This document shows, one piece after another, positions 10,011-20,344 of a stretch of 64,000 nucleotides of DNA. The DNA lies in NCBI GenBank assembly GCA_964653805.1, contig CAZZFS010000002.1:81768-145767 (forward strand), written 5' to 3'. Source of the DNA: an uncultured Clostridiaceae bacterium (GTDB lineage Bacteria > Bacillota > Clostridia > TANB77 > CAG-465). Numbering within the stretch: the stretch's first letter is position 1; each line of letters opens with the position of its first letter. Both the position numbers and the translations under genes were made by a program. The notes under the pieces are model-generated. The model was not told where the DNA came from and did not search any database. It saw only the letters and a program-made list of their open reading frames with translations.

Positions 10011-10927
10011 TTATATAAATAACTCTTTCATACAATCAGTAATTGGCTTCATTTTTTCTTGACTAGCAGTAGTAGTTATAACCATATTTTTACTAGGTAC
10101 TATTATTATATATTGTCCATCTGAGCCATCATGATAAAATATACCATTCTTACAAATCCATAAATTATAACCATATCCATATTTAGGTAAAGTCCTTTCC
10201 TCATTATAATTTAATGGTGTTTCTATTTTTATTGATGACATTTCCTTTAACCAATCACTTGGAATAATTTGCTCATTATTATAACTTCCATTATTTAGTA
10301 TTAGTTCACCTAATTTGTGTAAATCACTAGGTGTTATTGTTAAACCAGTACATCCCATTGAATGTCCTTGTTCACTTTCAATCCAATCATAATTTTTTAT
10401 ATCAATTTCACTAAATATTTCTTTATTTACAAACTCACTTAATTTCATTTTAGTAGCTTTTTCAATAATCATTGACAATAAATATATGGGTGCATTAGTA
10501 TAAAAAAATATTCTCCTGGTTTATGTTTTATAGGATAATTAAGAACAAATTCACATAAATCATTTCCTTTTATTTGTTTAAGATGTTTTTCATTTAGTAT
10601 CATTTCTTCATAACCCATAGAAAGTGTAATTAAATGCTTAATTTTTGTTTCATTTAAATATTTTAGATTCCCTTTATTATTAATATTCACATCTCTAAAA
10701 TATGGCATAACATATTCCTCAACTCCATTAGGAAAATAATCTTTATTAATAGCAATTCCTAATGCAATAGAAGTTATAGTTTTACTTATTGATCTAACAT
10801 TTTTAAGACTTTCCTCCTTAAAAAAATGTTTATATTCTTTATTATCACAAGTAATAATAAGACTTTCTACATTTAATTTTTCATTTTTCATATTGTTTAT
10901 TATACTATTAAATATTTGCTCATTCAT
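10011..10927 (-). pseudogene. Beta-lactamase-family serine hydrolase split by a frameshift in an A7 tract
   Basis: The N-terminal ORF has SISK (SxxK) and ends PGEYFFILMHPYIYCQ*. The other frame reads ...FFYTNAPIYLLSMIIEKATKMKLSEF (YxN motif). The switch falls within the A7 run at 10502-10508. Confidence 0.75.
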
Positions 10928-11116
10928 AATAAAACCTCATTTCTTATTTGAAAGTATATCATTTTATAACAGACTACTTTAATGTATTTATTAATTTTTT
11001 TTGATACAAATCACTCTACATACATTCAATAAAAATTAAAGATACTTAAAAATCAAGTATTCTAGTTTGTTATTAGTACCTATATCGACAAGATAAAATT
11101 TTAATATATTTCTTTT

Positions 11117-11527
11117 TTAAAACCAATCTGCATTTTGTCCAATACCAATAAATATTCTATTTTCAAACTTGATTGAAATACCATGTTCAGGATCTGATTT
11201 ACATTCTCCTAAAATAGCTATTTTAATTATTTTTTCTTCTTTAACTATATAAATTGATTTTAACTCGATTTCAGGATAAACTTCATTAATACTATTTTCA
11301 CCTTTCATTCTATAATTTTCATTACAATAATTAACAATTTTGTCTTTAATAGTTTCATTTAATTTGTTTTCTAAAAGCCAATTCAACTCTACTAATTCTT
11401 CTTGATTTAACAGAGAAATTTCTTCACATCCAAGTCTATCTGTAAAAACTTCTAATTCTGTTTCTTCCCCAAAAATTTCAAATTTGATTTTATCATTGTT
11501 TTTTAATGTCTTAATCATTATTTTCAA
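11117..11527 (-). CDS. Hypothetical protein
   Basis: 136-aa ORF. The C-terminal GECKSDPEHGISIKFEN motif is reminiscent of small immunity-type DUF proteins (memory only). Confidence 0.5.
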   Translation of the reverse strand: MKIMIKTLKNNDKIKFEIFGEETELEVFTDRLGCEEISLLNQEELVELNWLLENKLNETIKDKIVNYCNENYRMKGENSINEVYPEIELKSIYIVKEEKIIKIAILGECKSDPEHGISIKFENRIFIGIGQNADWF

Positions 11528-11552
11528 TTCCTTTCAATATTGTTTATTTACC

Positions 11553-12911
11553 TTACTTTCTCTTTAAAACTACAACTGTTTCAACGTGACTTGTATGTGG
11601 AAACATATCAACTGGTTCAACATTTGCTATATCATATTTATCACTAAGTAATTTTAAGTCTCTTGCCAAAGTTGCAGGATTACAACTTACATAACCAATT
11701 TTTTTAGGATTAAATTCAAGTATATATTCTATACTTTTTACATCCAAACCTTTTCTTGGTGGATCAACTACAATAACATCAGGATGTATATTTTTGTTTT
11801 TAAATTCCACTATTTTATCTTCTACACTACCAGCTATATATTCAGCATTTTCTACATTATTTATTTGCATATTTAAATTTGCCATTTCTACTGCTTGTTC
11901 TTCTATTTCAATACCATAAACTTTTTTTACACTATCACTTAAGAATATTCCGATAGAGCCTACACCACTGTATAAATCAAATAGTGTTTCACTACCTTTT
12001 AATTTAAGTTTTTCTTTTAATACATTATATAATACTTCTGCTTGAATTGTATTTACTTGAAAAAATGATTTTGAAGATATATGAAATTTATATTCACCTA
12101 TTGTATCTGTTATATATTTTTGTCCTATTAAAACTTTTTCTAAATCACCTTGAATTTTATTTGTATTTTTATCATTTAAATTTAATATAACACTTTTTAT
12201 ATTTTCATTTGAATCAACAATTTTTTGAAATAAATCTATTAATTTTTTACTATTAAATAAATCTTCGTTATTTAGTACAAGTATTATCATTATTTCTTTT
12301 GTATGATATCCTCTTCTAATAATTATATGTTTTATATCACCTTCATTTTTTTCTTCGTTATATATACTAAATTCTTTTTCAATTAATTTTTCAAATATTT
12401 CTTTTGCAAGTAAATCTATAACTCTGTTTTGAATATAACAACAATGATTTTCTATAATATTATGACTTCTTTTTGAATAAAATCCTATTTTAGCATCTCC
12501 ATTTTTATCAATTCTTACAGGATACTGAACCTTATTTCTATAATAATATGGATTTCCCATTCCTATTATTTTATCTATTTTTGGATAATCTAAATTTATT
12601 TTTTTCATTACATTTTCAACATTTTTATTTTTTAAACTAAGTTGATATTCATATTCAATATGACCTGCACTACATCCTCCACATTTACTTGCTATTTCGC
12701 AAAAGTTATCTTGTCTATGTTTACTTTTTTTATTTATATACTCAAGTTTACCTATACAATATGATTTATTTACTTTTATTATTTTAGCTTTTACTTTTTC
12801 TCCTTGCAAAACATCTGGTATAAATACAACCATGTTATCTTCTCTTGCAATACCTTCAAACTCAAATCCATTATCTATTATTTCAAATTCATATACTTTA
12901 TTTTTTTCCAA
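11553..12911 (-). CDS. rlmD: 23S rRNA (uracil-5-)-methyltransferase, RumA/RlmD family
   Basis: N-terminal TRAM-like domain, a Cys cluster (CGGCS...C), SAM motif DLYSGVGSIG, and C-terminal VDPPRKG...YVSCNP. TTG start with a GGAGA RBS. Confidence 0.85.
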   Translation of the reverse strand: MEKNKVYEFEIIDNGFEFEGIAREDNMVVFIPDVLQGEKVKAKIIKVNKSYCIGKLEYINKKSKHRQDNFCEIASKCGGCSAGHIEYEYQLSLKNKNVENVMKKINLDYPKIDKIIGMGNPYYYRNKVQYPVRIDKNGDAKIGFYSKRSHNIIENHCCYIQNRVIDLLAKEIFEKLIEKEFSIYNEEKNEGDIKHIIIRRGYHTKEIMIILVLNNEDLFNSKKLIDLFQKIVDSNENIKSVILNLNDKNTNKIQGDLEKVLIGQKYITDTIGEYKFHISSKSFFQVNTIQAEVLYNVLKEKLKLKGSETLFDLYSGVGSIGIFLSDSVKKVYGIEIEEQAVEMANLNMQINNVENAEYIAGSVEDKIVEFKNKNIHPDVIVVDPPRKGLDVKSIEYILEFNPKKIGYVSCNPATLARDLKLLSDKYDIANVEPVDMFPHTSHVETVVVLKRK

Positions 12912-13104
12912 AATTTCTCTCCTTTATATCTATTAATTATGTTACCTTTTTTTAATATATAAATTATAACATAAGATTTATACATATTTCAAGCAATTTT
13001 AATTTATATATTATGTTTAGTTAATATTTCGCCTAATTCTTTACAAAATTTATTTATTATGTAACACAAAAACTTAAATTAAGCATGTTTTAAAGCAATT
13101 TCTA

Positions 13105-13133
13105 TTGACTTAGAAAAAATATAGTGTTATACT
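13105..13133 (+). promoter_or_regulatory. Sigma-A type promoter for the only plus-strand gene
   Basis: TTGACT (13105-13110), 17 nt, TATACT (13128-13133), with TG at 13125-13126 (extended -10). Confidence 0.6.
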
Positions 13134-13193
13134 ATTTTTAGAGATATTATATGATTTAAAAATTTTAATAAATATTTAAGGGGTGTTGTTGTT

Positions 13194-13715
13194 ATGAAAA
13201 AAAATAATATTTTGTTATTTTTTGCGTTTTTATTGGTTTCGTTAGCTGTTTATTGTTCTTTTAATTTAATGTATACTATTCAAAAATCAAATGATGAAAA
13301 TTATACACAAAATTACTCTTCTAATTATAGTGAACAACAAGAAATTAGAAAAGTAAGTAAAGAACTAAAAAAAAATATTGTTACTTCTAATAATTCTTCT
13401 TCTTTAGATGTTTTAATAAATATAACAAATTTAGCTTTAGTTCAAGCAAGTAAACAAAGAGAAGAATTTTTAGAAAAACAAATTACTACAACTATAGTAA
13501 TTGATTACTGTAAAAGTAGCAGATTAGTAATGATTTCTACTAATTCAAAGAATCCAAAAATAAAAGAATTTATTCAAAATTACACTAATAAAAAATTAGA
13601 AACTAATGAGTTTGAATCCTATGTTAATAATTTCTTAATTGATTTAAAGAAAATGGATTTTTATTCTGAAGATAATAATTTTTTAATCCAAACACAAAAC
13701 GATGAACTTAAATAA
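13194..13715 (+). CDS. Hypothetical membrane-anchored/secreted protein
   Basis: 173-aa ORF with an N-terminal hydrophobic segment (ILLFFAFLLVSLAVYC). GGGGTG RBS. It is the only convincing plus-strand gene. Confidence 0.6.
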   Translation: MKKNNILLFFAFLLVSLAVYCSFNLMYTIQKSNDENYTQNYSSNYSEQQEIRKVSKELKKNIVTSNNSSSLDVLINITNLALVQASKQREEFLEKQITTTIVIDYCKSSRLVMISTNSKNPKIKEFIQNYTNKKLETNEFESYVNNFLIDLKKMDFYSEDNNFLIQTQNDELK

Positions 13716-13725
13716 GTTCATCGTT
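13698..13725. terminator. Bidirectional terminator between convergent genes
   Basis: AACGATGAAC (13698-13707) pairs with GTTCATCGTT (13716-13725). T runs follow on both strands. It overlaps the stop of the plus-strand gene and lies downstream of the uvrA stop. Confidence 0.75.
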
Positions 13726-13763
13726 TTTGCTTTATTATTTTTATTATGTTTTTTATATGTTTT

Positions 13764-16604
13764 TTATTTCTCTAAAACTTCTTTCAAAAATCTTCCTGTA
13801 TAACTTTCGCTACATTCAACTATCTTTTCAGGCGTTCCACAAACAACTAAATTACCACCTAAGTCTCCACCTTCTGGACCTAAATCTATTACATAATCAG
13901 CTGATTTTATTACATCTAAATTATGTTCTATTACTACTAGAGTATTATTTGCATCTGTTAATCTATTTAATATTTCTATTAATTTATGAACATCAGCCAT
14001 ATGTAAACCAGTAGTTGGTTCATCTAATATATATAAAGTTTGACCTGTAGATCTTTTTGATAACTCTGTTGCAAGTTTAACTCTTTGAGCTTCTCCTCCA
14101 GATAGTGTTGTTGATGGTTGTCCAAGTTTTACATATCCTAAACCAACATCATACAATGTTTTTATTTTTGTATATATTTTTGTTACATTTTTAAAGAACT
14201 CTAAGCCTTCTTCAACAGTCATTTCTAAAATATCACTGATATTTTTACCTTTATATTTTACTTCTAAAGTTTCTTTACTATATCTTTTACCTTTACAAAC
14301 TTCACAAGGTACATAAACATCAGGTAAAAAATCCATTTCTATTTTAATTATACCATCTCCAGAACATGCTTCACATCTTCCTCCAGCAACATTAAAACTA
14401 AATCTACCTTTTTGATATCCTCTCATTTTCGCCTCATTAGTTGCAGCAAAAATATCTCTTATCGGATCAAACATACCAGTATATGTAGCAGGATTAGAAC
14501 GAGGTGTTCTTCCTATTGGAGATTGATCTATATTTATTATTTTATCTATTTTATCAAGTCCTGTTATCTTATCATGTTTTCCAGGTCTAATTCTTGAGTT
14601 GTTTAAATATTTAGAAACTGATTTATATAATATTTCATTTACTAATGTTGATTTACCAGAACCTGAAACTCCAGTAACACAAGTAAATTTACCAATTGGA
14701 ATTTTTACATCTATATTTTTTAAATTATTTTCTTTTGCTCCTTTTATTTCAATATTACCATTTTTAACAGTTCTTCTTTTTTTAGGAACTTCTATTTTTA
14801 ATTTACCACTTAAATATTTACCTGTAATAGATTCTTCACATTCTGTTATCTTATCAGGTGTTCCAGCATATATTATATTCCCACCGTGAATACCTGCTCC
14901 TGGACCAATATCCACTATATAATCAGATTGTTTCATCGTATCCTCATCATGTTCAACTACTATTAAAGTATTGCCTAAATCTCTCATTCTTTTTAATGAT
15001 CCAAGTAACTTTTCATTATCTCTTTGATGTAACCCAATACTTGGTTCATCTAATATATACATAACACCTGTTAAACCAGATCCTATCTGAGTTGCAAGCC
15101 TAATTCTTTGTGCTTCACCACCTGATAATGTACCTGAGCTTCTAGATAATGTTAAATAATTAAGACCAACATCAATTAAAAATTGTAATCTGCTATTTAA
15201 CTCTTTAACTATTTGTTCAGATATCATTTTGTTTTTATTAGACATTTTATTTTCATATATTTCATTTATATATTTTTGTATAGCAACAATATTTTTATTA
15301 CAAAGTTCTATTATATTTAATTCTCCAACTCTAACAGCAAGAGATTCTTTTTTTAATCTTTCACCATTACATGTACTACAAAAAGTTGTAGACATGAATT
15401 GTTCATAATAATTCTTCATACCAGCTGAAGCTGTTTGAGCAAATCTTCTTTGTAATGTATTAACTACACCTTCAAACTCAACTTCAAAATTTCTTGTTAA
15501 AGTTTTACTAGTGTGAACAAAATTTATTTTTTCACCATTACTACCATATAATAATATTTGCATAAAATCTTCTGGTAAATCTTTAATTTTAGTATTTGGA
15601 TTAATATCATAATGCTTACATAATCCTTTAATATACATACCACTAATAGTATCTTTAATACTACCACCAGACCATCCTAAAATAGCTTGACGGTCATTTA
15701 TTTTTTTTTCTTTATCAGGTATTATTTTTTCAACATCAATTTTTAAACGCTCACCTAACCCTGTACAATCTGGACATGCCCCAAAAGGACTATTAAATGA
15801 AAACATTCTTGGTGTTAATTCTTCTAAACTAATACCACAATCTGGACATGCGTAATTTTGGCTAAATAAATATTCTTTATCTGTATTCACATCTGTTATT
15901 AATACTAATTTATTCGCGTAATTTGAAGCAAGTTCAACAGAATCTGCAAGTCTTGTTCTTATCTCATTAGATAATACTAATCTATCAACAACAACTTCTA
16001 TACTATGTTTTTTTTGTTTATCTAATTTTGGAAAATCTTCTGACAAATCAAAAACTTCACCATCTACCCTTGCTCTTATATATCCATCTTTTATTATTTG
16101 TTCAAATAATTTTACAAACTCACCTTTTTTGCCACGTATTACTGGGGCCATAACTAAAAGTTTAGTATTATTTTCTAATTTTAAAATTTGATCTACAATT
16201 TCATCTATACTTTGTTTATGTATTTTTTTATCACATATATAACAATGAGGTACTCCCACTCTTGCATACAAAAGTCTCAAATAATCATATATTTCTGTTA
16301 TTGTACCTACAGTAGAACGAGGATTTTTAGAAGTTGTTTTTTGATCAATTGAAATAGCTGGAGATAAACCTTCTATTGACTCAACATTTGGTTTTTCCAT
16401 AATTCCTAAAAATTGTCTTGCATAAGAAGACAAAGATTCTACGTATCTTCTTTGTCCTTCAGCATATATTGTATCAAAAGCAAGCGAAGATTTACCAGAA
16501 CCCGAAAGTCCTGTAAATACAACCAATTTATCTCTTGGTATTTCTAAATCTATATTTTTCAAATTATGTTCTTTTGCACCTTTTATAATTAATTTATCAT
16601 TCAT
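13764..16604 (-). CDS. uvrA: Excinuclease ABC subunit A
   Basis: Two ABC ATPase modules ([18 protein letters not shown], two LSGGE signatures) plus zinc-finger Cys motifs. Start set at the ATG after AGGTGA. Confidence 0.97.
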   Translation of the reverse strand: MNDKLIIKGAKEHNLKNIDLEIPRDKLVVFTGLSGSGKSSLAFDTIYAEGQRRYVESLSSYARQFLGIMEKPNVESIEGLSPAISIDQKTTSKNPRSTVGTITEIYDYLRLLYARVGVPHCYICDKKIHKQSIDEIVDQILKLENNTKLLVMAPVIRGKKGEFVKLFEQIIKDGYIRARVDGEVFDLSEDFPKLDKQKKHSIEVVVDRLVLSNEIRTRLADSVELASNYANKLVLITDVNTDKEYLFSQNYACPDCGISLEELTPRMFSFNSPFGACPDCTGLGERLKIDVEKIIPDKEKKINDRQAILGWSGGSIKDTISGMYIKGLCKHYDINPNTKIKDLPEDFMQILLYGSNGEKINFVHTSKTLTRNFEVEFEGVVNTLQRRFAQTASAGMKNYYEQFMSTTFCSTCNGERLKKESLAVRVGELNIIELCNKNIVAIQKYINEIYENKMSNKNKMISEQIVKELNSRLQFLIDVGLNYLTLSRSSGTLSGGEAQRIRLATQIGSGLTGVMYILDEPSIGLHQRDNEKLLGSLKRMRDLGNTLIVVEHDEDTMKQSDYIVDIGPGAGIHGGNIIYAGTPDKITECEESITGKYLSGKLKIEVPKKRRTVKNGNIEIKGAKENNLKNIDVKIPIGKFTCVTGVSGSGKSTLVNEILYKSVSKYLNNSRIRPGKHDKITGLDKIDKIINIDQSPIGRTPRSNPATYTGMFDPIRDIFAATNEAKMRGYQKGRFSFNVAGGRCEACSGDGIIKIEMDFLPDVYVPCEVCKGKRYSKETLEVKYKGKNISDILEMTVEEGLEFFKNVTKIYTKIKTLYDVGLGYVKLGQPSTTLSGGEAQRVKLATELSKRSTGQTLYILDEPTTGLHMADVHKLIEILNRLTDANNTLVVIEHNLDVIKSADYVIDLGPEGGDLGGNLVVCGTPEKIVECSESYTGRFLKEVLEK

Positions 16605-16630
16605 TAAAATCACCTATCTTTATATCAAAT

Positions 16631-16659
16631 ATTATACACCACAAACAGATGTTTGTCAA
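16631..16659 (-). promoter_or_regulatory. uvrA promoter (consensus hexamers)
   Basis: On the minus strand: TTGACA (16659-16654), 17 nt, TATAAT (16636-16631). Confidence 0.7.
16641..16656. promoter_or_regulatory. Palindromic operator, LexA (Cheo-box)-like variant
   Basis: ACAAAC-AGAT-GTTTGT is a perfect 6+4+6 palindrome overlapping the -35 box and spacer of the uvrA promoter. Confidence 0.5.
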
Positions 16660-16685
16660 TAACTTATATCTTAAAATATAAAAAA

Positions 16686-16716
16686 AGGTAAATAGAATAT
16701 ATCAAACTATTTACCT
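16686..16716 (-). terminator. Rho-independent terminator after the NUDIX gene
   Basis: AGGTAAATAG pairs with CTATTTACCT (10 bp), flanked by an A run and a T run. Confidence 0.7.
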
Positions 16717-16723
16717 TTTTTTA

Positions 16724-17215
16724 TTACATTTTTAAAACTTCTTCAAAGAAAGCATTTGCCTCAAATTTATTATCACTATATAATTGTTTTATTTTTTCAA
16801 CACTTGCCCACATAACTCCACAAACTTCTTCTTCTTGACATACAACATTTTCAATTAGTATATCAGCATTAAAAATCCAAACATCTAAAATATCTGGACA
16901 ATTTGGATAATATCTAAGTGTGGTTCCAATTAATTTTCCGTCATTTTCATTTAAATCAATACCTAATTCTTCTTTTACTTCACGAATAGCTGCCTTTAAA
17001 GAATTTTCACCCGTTAATGCTGAACCACCAGTACATTCCCACATATATGGATGATTTTTACTACCAACGCGTTTTGTTATTAAAAATTCATTTTTAGAAT
17101 TTCTAATCCAAACATTTGTAACTAAATGATATTCTTCATCACTTAATTTATCTCCTCTTTTTACCGTTTTATTTATTTTTTCTCTATTTTTATTATATAA
17201 ATCCCAATATTCCAT
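16724..17215 (-). CDS. NUDIX hydrolase
   Basis: Nudix box GGSALTGENSLKAAIREVKEELGI. Start set at the ATG after AAAGGTGG. Confidence 0.85.
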   Translation of the reverse strand: MEYWDLYNKNREKINKTVKRGDKLSDEEYHLVTNVWIRNSKNEFLITKRVGSKNHPYMWECTGGSALTGENSLKAAIREVKEELGIDLNENDGKLIGTTLRYYPNCPDILDVWIFNADILIENVVCQEEEVCGVMWASVEKIKQLYSDNKFEANAFFEEVLKM

Positions 17216-17277
17216 TTTAATTTCCACCTTTCATTTTATAATAAAATAAATACCAAATTTTTTAAAAAATATACATT

Positions 17278-17314
17278 AATAAGTTACTTTAGAATTATAC
17301 TAAAGTAACTTATT
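17278..17314 (-). terminator. Stem-loop directly after the stop of the 17319-17771 gene
   Basis: 15-bp perfect stem, AATAAGTTACTTTAG with CTAAAGTAACTTATT. The T run is stronger on the plus-strand side. Confidence 0.5.
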
Positions 17315-17318
17315 TTTT

Positions 17319-17771
17319 TCATTGTTTTGAATAAAAACGAACTATTGATACATGCTCTCCTTTTTTTGTATTTTCAGGATATCTAGCAAGTCCCATTTTA
17401 CTAACATCCATATGAATAATTTCAAATGAATCAATATCTTCAATTCCATCGGCAGAAAAATTATTTAAAATATATTCGTATATATTTTTAATTCTCGGTC
17501 TTGGAAAAGAAGCAGTTCCAAAACTATGTGGAATTTCAACAACACATAAAGAAAGTAACTCTTTAGAAATTGGAGTTATTTCAAATTTACTCCAGTGAGA
17601 CCAATCAAAGAAATTTCCCTCTTTAATATTTCCAAATGAAATACCTTCTAAATAACAACGTCTTCCACTTTTTCCAACCCGAACAATTGGTTTAATTTTT
17701 TTACTCAACTGTTCTAACTCCAAATCATTAATCTTTTTTAACATCACATCATTTTTTAAAGCAGTATTCAT
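17319..17771 (-). CDS. Hypothetical protein
   Basis: 150-aa ORF, co-oriented, with no recognisable motif. Confidence 0.5.
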   Translation of the reverse strand: MNTALKNDVMLKKINDLELEQLSKKIKPIVRVGKSGRRCYLEGISFGNIKEGNFFDWSHWSKFEITPISKELLSLCVVEIPHSFGTASFPRPRIKNIYEYILNNFSADGIEDIDSFEIIHMDVSKMGLARYPENTKKGEHVSIVRFYSKQ

Positions 17772-17879
17772 TCGAAAAACCCTCCCAAATATTTATTTAC
17801 ACTATTTTATCATAGCATTATATAAAATTCAAGAGGATTTATTGTTTTTGTATTTTTTTATGTAATTTTAAATCACTTA

Positions 17880-18743
17880 TTATTTTTGTAACTCAATAAC
17901 TTCAGCTAATCTTGGTCCTCCTGTTGGATAACCATATCCAAGATCAACCAATAAATCAAGTGAAAAATTATCACAATACATTTTTTTATCTTTTATATAA
18001 ACATTAAAATCATCTAAATGTTCTATAATATATGATTTAAATTCAGTTTTTTTAGCTAAAAATGCATCTTTAGAAACATTTGCTTCATTTTTTAATGCAT
18101 TATCTGAATACTGATCTAGACTAGATAAAATTGCTTCAATCAATTTATCTTTACTATATCCAAATAAAGTTATCATTTCTGTTGTAGTTAAAACTTTTTT
18201 AGTATCTAAATTAATATTTAAGTAATTATATTCTATAGCAGGATATTCCATTAATTCAATATTTGAATAACTTCTAATACTTAAAACATTATTATTTATT
18301 TCAGCATTTATTTCTGTTATAGCTTCTTTTTTTTCATTTGTTTCATTATATAAATCTTCAACATCTTTTACTGCTTTTGCCAAATCACCACTTTGTTTTA
18401 CGACAAAATTTGAAACTAAATAAGCATCTAAGTTTTTAAAATTAACTTGTTTTAATTCATATTTAGTAAACATTGTTGATTTTTTTTCATTAGAAATTTG
18501 ATACTCTTCTATTTTAATGTAATCTTCAACTTTGTATTCTTTTTTTGTTTCTGTTACTACATTATTTTTTGTAGTATCATCCCCTTGAGTTACTTGTATA
18601 ATATCATTTGTAGAAGTTTGATTTTCTAAATTTTCATTAGATTTTTTATTTGATAGATAAAATATAATACCACCTACAATTAGTATTAAAATTATAACTA
18701 TAATGGAAACTATTAAAACAACTTTTGATACACCTTTTTTCAT
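17880..18743 (-). CDS. Hypothetical membrane-anchored protein
   Basis: N-terminal TM helix (VVLIVSIIVIILILIVGGIIFYL) followed by a soluble domain. Architecture is similar to the 57920-58705 protein. Confidence 0.55.
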   Translation of the reverse strand: MKKGVSKVVLIVSIIVIILILIVGGIIFYLSNKKSNENLENQTSTNDIIQVTQGDDTTKNNVVTETKKEYKVEDYIKIEEYQISNEKKSTMFTKYELKQVNFKNLDAYLVSNFVVKQSGDLAKAVKDVEDLYNETNEKKEAITEINAEINNNVLSIRSYSNIELMEYPAIEYNYLNINLDTKKVLTTTEMITLFGYSKDKLIEAILSSLDQYSDNALKNEANVSKDAFLAKKTEFKSYIIEHLDDFNVYIKDKKMYCDNFSLDLLVDLGYGYPTGGPRLAEVIELQK

Positions 18744-18898
18744 AAAAACACCATTAATATCATAATAATATGATATTCCTTTCTAAAAACGAAACAAATC
18801 CTATATAAATTTATTTACTTTTATATTTAGATTATAACTCTAAAAAAATATTTTTTCAATATATTTATTAAATATATTAATTTAATAATACTTAATTA

Positions 18899-20332
18899 TT
18901 ATTTTAATTCATTTACAAATTGTTTAAATAAGTTTCCTCTTTCCTCAAAATCTTTATATAAATCAAATGATGCACTTGCCGGTGAAAGTACTACATTATC
19001 ACCATTTTTGGCTTTTTCATATGCTAATTTAACACAAGCTTCCATAGTATCTAAAGTTATAATTTCTATTTCACTTTCTAAAACAATACCTCTTCTTTTT
19101 GCTTCAGCCTCAACAGCTTCTTGTATTTTAGGTGCTGTTTTACCAACAAGTAATAATATTTTTACTTTGTCTAAAATATATGCTCCCATATTATCATATG
19201 GTATTTTTTTATCATATCCACCTGCAATAAGAATTATTTTTTTATCAAAAGATATTAATCCAGCTATTGTTCTTGTTGGACTAGTTCCTATTGAATCATT
19301 GTACCAATTAACACCATTTATATTTTTTACAAATTCCATTCTATGTGCAACTCCTGTAAATTTTGTTATAACTTCTTTAACAGCATCAATTCCTGTTATA
19401 TCAATAACCGCTGTAGCAGCAGTACAAATATTTGCAATATTATGAATTCCTATTAATTTTACATCTTTAATATCAGATATTATATGCTCAAAACCGTCAT
19501 TATTTAAATTATTTACTACTATATTATTTTCTTTTAAATAAACACCAGTTTCAACTTTATTTTTCAAACTAAAATATTTAACTTTGGATTCACTGCTAAC
19601 TTTAGTTAAATAATTTTTTGTATATTCGTCATCTTGATTTAAAACTACTATATCACCTTGTTTTTGATGTAAAAATATATTCGCTTTTGAATCTCTGTAT
19701 TCATCATAATCTTTATGATAATCTAAGTGATTAGGTGAAATATTTGTAATTACTGATATGTTTGGACTATCTTGCATTGTCATTAATTGAAAACTACTTA
19801 ATTCTAAAACCACATAATCATTTTCATTTATTTCATCAATTTTTGCAAATATTGGTACCCCTATATTTCCTCCAAGCCAAACTTTATATCCTGCTTTTTC
19901 CAAAAATTTAGAAATAAGTGTAGATGTTGTAGTTTTACCATCACTACCTGTAATACCTATTACTTTACATGGACAATATTTTATAAGTAATTCTATTTCT
20001 GAAGTAAGTATTGCTCCTTTTAAAATAGCTCTTTGTATATTTTCTTTACTAGGTTTTACTCCTGGAGATCTAAAAATATAATCAAAACCATCATAAATAT
20101 CTTCTTTATCAGTATCTAAGCAAAATTTTATTCCAAGCTCATTACAAATATCTAATTTATTTTCATTTTTATCAAATCCTGTAATATCAGCACCTAAATC
20201 TTTAAAATATTTTATTGCTGGTATATTGCTTCTCCCTATTCCAAGAGCCGCTATTTTTTTACCTTTTATATTAGTTTTAAATTCATTTAATTCTTCTGCT
20301 TTAGACTTTCCTTCAACTTTATTTATTTCCAA
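18899..20332 (-). CDS. murD: UDP-N-acetylmuramoylalanine--D-glutamate ligase
   Basis: Mur ligase motifs (GITGSDGKTTTS, DYVVLELSSFQL, NHLDYH). TTG start 12 nt after the SNF2 gene stop. Confidence 0.9.
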   Translation of the reverse strand: MEINKVEGKSKAEELNEFKTNIKGKKIAALGIGRSNIPAIKYFKDLGADITGFDKNENKLDICNELGIKFCLDTDKEDIYDGFDYIFRSPGVKPSKENIQRAILKGAILTSEIELLIKYCPCKVIGITGSDGKTTTSTLISKFLEKAGYKVWLGGNIGVPIFAKIDEINENDYVVLELSSFQLMTMQDSPNISVITNISPNHLDYHKDYDEYRDSKANIFLHQKQGDIVVLNQDDEYTKNYLTKVSSESKVKYFSLKNKVETGVYLKENNIVVNNLNNDGFEHIISDIKDVKLIGIHNIANICTAATAVIDITGIDAVKEVITKFTGVAHRMEFVKNINGVNWYNDSIGTSPTRTIAGLISFDKKIILIAGGYDKKIPYDNMGAYILDKVKILLLVGKTAPKIQEAVEAEAKRRGIVLESEIEIITLDTMEACVKLAYEKAKNGDNVVLSPASASFDLYKDFEERGNLFKQFVNELK

Positions 20333-20344
20333 AAACTCATCCCC

